Source: Minisyncoccota bacterium (GTDB lineage Bacteria; Patescibacteriota; Minisyncoccia; Minisyncoccales; Minisyncoccaceae). Taken from it: a DNA stretch of 43,082 nt. The notes under the pieces are model-generated. The model made no database searches. It saw only the letters and a program-made list of their open reading frames with translations, and had not been told where the DNA came from. The stretch's first letter is position 1; every line of letters begins with the position of its first letter. A program made the translations under genes and the position numbers. The stretch covers positions 1 through 43,082 of the forward strand of contig JAQUOX010000002.1 of NCBI GenBank assembly GCA_028716905.1, written 5' to 3'. Shown one piece after another: positions 42,113 to 43,082 of this stretch.

Positions 42113-43082
42113 ATGAATAAATACTTTCTCTACATTAGAAAATCAACGGACGAGGACGACAGACAAGTTTTGAGTTTAGGCGCGCAAGAAACAGAATTGC
42201 GGGAATTGGCGGAAAAAGATAATTTAACGATTGTTGATACTTTTCGCGAATCACAGACTGCCAAAGAGCCGGGCCGTCCGATTTTCAATCAAATGCTTGA
42301 TAGAATAGAAAAAAGCGAAGCAGACGGCATTTTGGCTTGGCACCCTGATCGGCTCGCCCGCAATTCTGTTGACGGTGGAAAAATTATTTTTTTAATAGAT
42401 TCGGAAAAAATCAAGTTTTTAAAATTTCCTACATTTTGGTTTGAAGCCACACCACAAGGAAAATTTATGCTCAATATCGCTTTTGGGCAGTCAAAATATT
42501 TTGTTGATAATCTTTCAGAGAATACAAAAAGAGGTTTAAGGCAAAAATTAAGGCGAGGCGAAATGCCAGGTTATGCTCCGCTTGGATATTTGAATGATTT
42601 GAAAAATCACACAATGATAAAAGACCCAGAAAGATTTCGTCTCGTTAAGAAAATTTTTGACTTATACTCAACTGGAAATTATTCTCTGAAAGATTTAAGA
42701 AACAAAATTTTTGACATCGGCTTGTTGACCAGAAATGAGAAAATGCTTTCCGTTTCAATGGTGCAAAGTATTTTGCAAAATCCTTTCTATTACGGAATGT
42801 TTAGATACAACAGCGAATTATGGCAAGGAAAGCATGAGCCAATGATTACAAAGAAACTTTTTGATAAATGCCAAAAGGTTTTATCTGACCGCTCCCGCCC
42901 GCAAAAAAGAAAGATTAAGGAATTTGCCTTTCGCGGACTTTTATCTTGCGGGGAATGCGGTTGCGCCATAACTTCCGAAACGCAAAAAGGACACAATTAT
43001 TATCGTTGCACAAAAAAACGAGGCAAATGTTCGCAAGGATATATTCGCGAGGAAGTTTTGGCGAATCAGATAAACAAACAAA
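42113..43082 (+). CDS. Large serine recombinase (resolvase catalytic domain + recombinase domain + zinc ribbon). Partial: runs off the window.
   Basis: Absent from the ORF track because it has no in-window stop. The ATG at 42113 gives MNKYFLYIRKSTDEDDRQVLSLGAQ...HPDRLARN...PLGY...CGECGCAITSE...YYRC with no stop through 43082. Confidence 0.85.
   Translation, partial: MNKYFLYIRKSTDEDDRQVLSLGAQETELRELAEKDNLTIVDTFRESQTAKEPGRPIFNQMLDRIEKSEADGILAWHPDRLARNSVDGGKIIFLIDSEKIKFLKFPTFWFEATPQGKFMLNIAFGQSKYFVDNLSENTKRGLRQKLRRGEMPGYAPLGYLNDLKNHTMIKDPERFRLVKKIFDLYSTGNYSLKDLRNKIFDIGLLTRNEKMLSVSMVQSILQNPFYYGMFRYNSELWQGKHEPMITKKLFDKCQKVLSDRSRPQKRKIKEFAFRGLLSCGECGCAITSETQKGHNYYRCTKKRGKCSQGYIREEVLANQINKQ

Noticed and set aside
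1-43082. Search for CRISPR arrays, rRNA and tRNA genes
   Set aside because: I saw no regularly spaced direct repeats with unique spacers. I saw no conserved rRNA segments. No intergenic stretch folded into a cloverleaf with a GTTCxAxxC T-loop plus acceptor stem. This was done by eye only. tRNAscan-SE, Infernal and a CRISPR finder would be decisive.

Overview
This 43-kb window looks like a streamlined Patescibacteria/CPR-type (Parcubacteria-like) chromosome. The taxon call is inferred from gene content only: LamG-type pilins, a Q/N-rich secreted coiled-coil protein, DUF5654, small tightly packed genes that often overlap by 4 nt, and near-consensus TTGACA/TATAAT promoters. Most genes are on the minus strand.

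Ordinary content:
- Envelope and repeat proteins: GerMN, PspC, DUF3298-Gmad2, two beta-propeller-like repeat proteins, an L,D-transpeptidase and an MliC-domain protein.
- A MacAB-like efflux operon (adaptor, ATPase, two FtsX permeases).
- CorA, TspO, an FCY1-type cytosine deaminase and an MTH1-like Nudix.
- An RRM RNA-binding protein, TypA/BipA, a DEAD-box helicase and a P-type ATPase.
- A DUF5320/DUF134 pair.

Two regions stand out:
1. **Restriction-type operon, 34230-43082.** A self-contained four-gene operon (XRE HTH, beta-class DPPY methyltransferase, DEAH helicase-nuclease Res, and a translationally coupled 466-aa unknown with a PD-(D/E)xK-like C-terminus) is bracketed by a perfect 303-bp inverted repeat. 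Each repeat copy carries an intrinsic terminator facing into the cassette. About 290 nt of GC-rich triloop hairpins follow, then a large serine recombinase that runs off the window.
2. **AT-rich island, about 14.2-19.6 kb.** It encodes unusual fusions (NDK + P-loop kinase; Nudix + nucleotidyltransferase), an orphan 3-dehydroquinate-synthase-like sugar-phosphate cyclase, an HprK-like P-loop protein and a methyltransferase. This looks like a small-molecule or nucleotide-modification module.

No rRNA, tRNA or CRISPR array could be supported.
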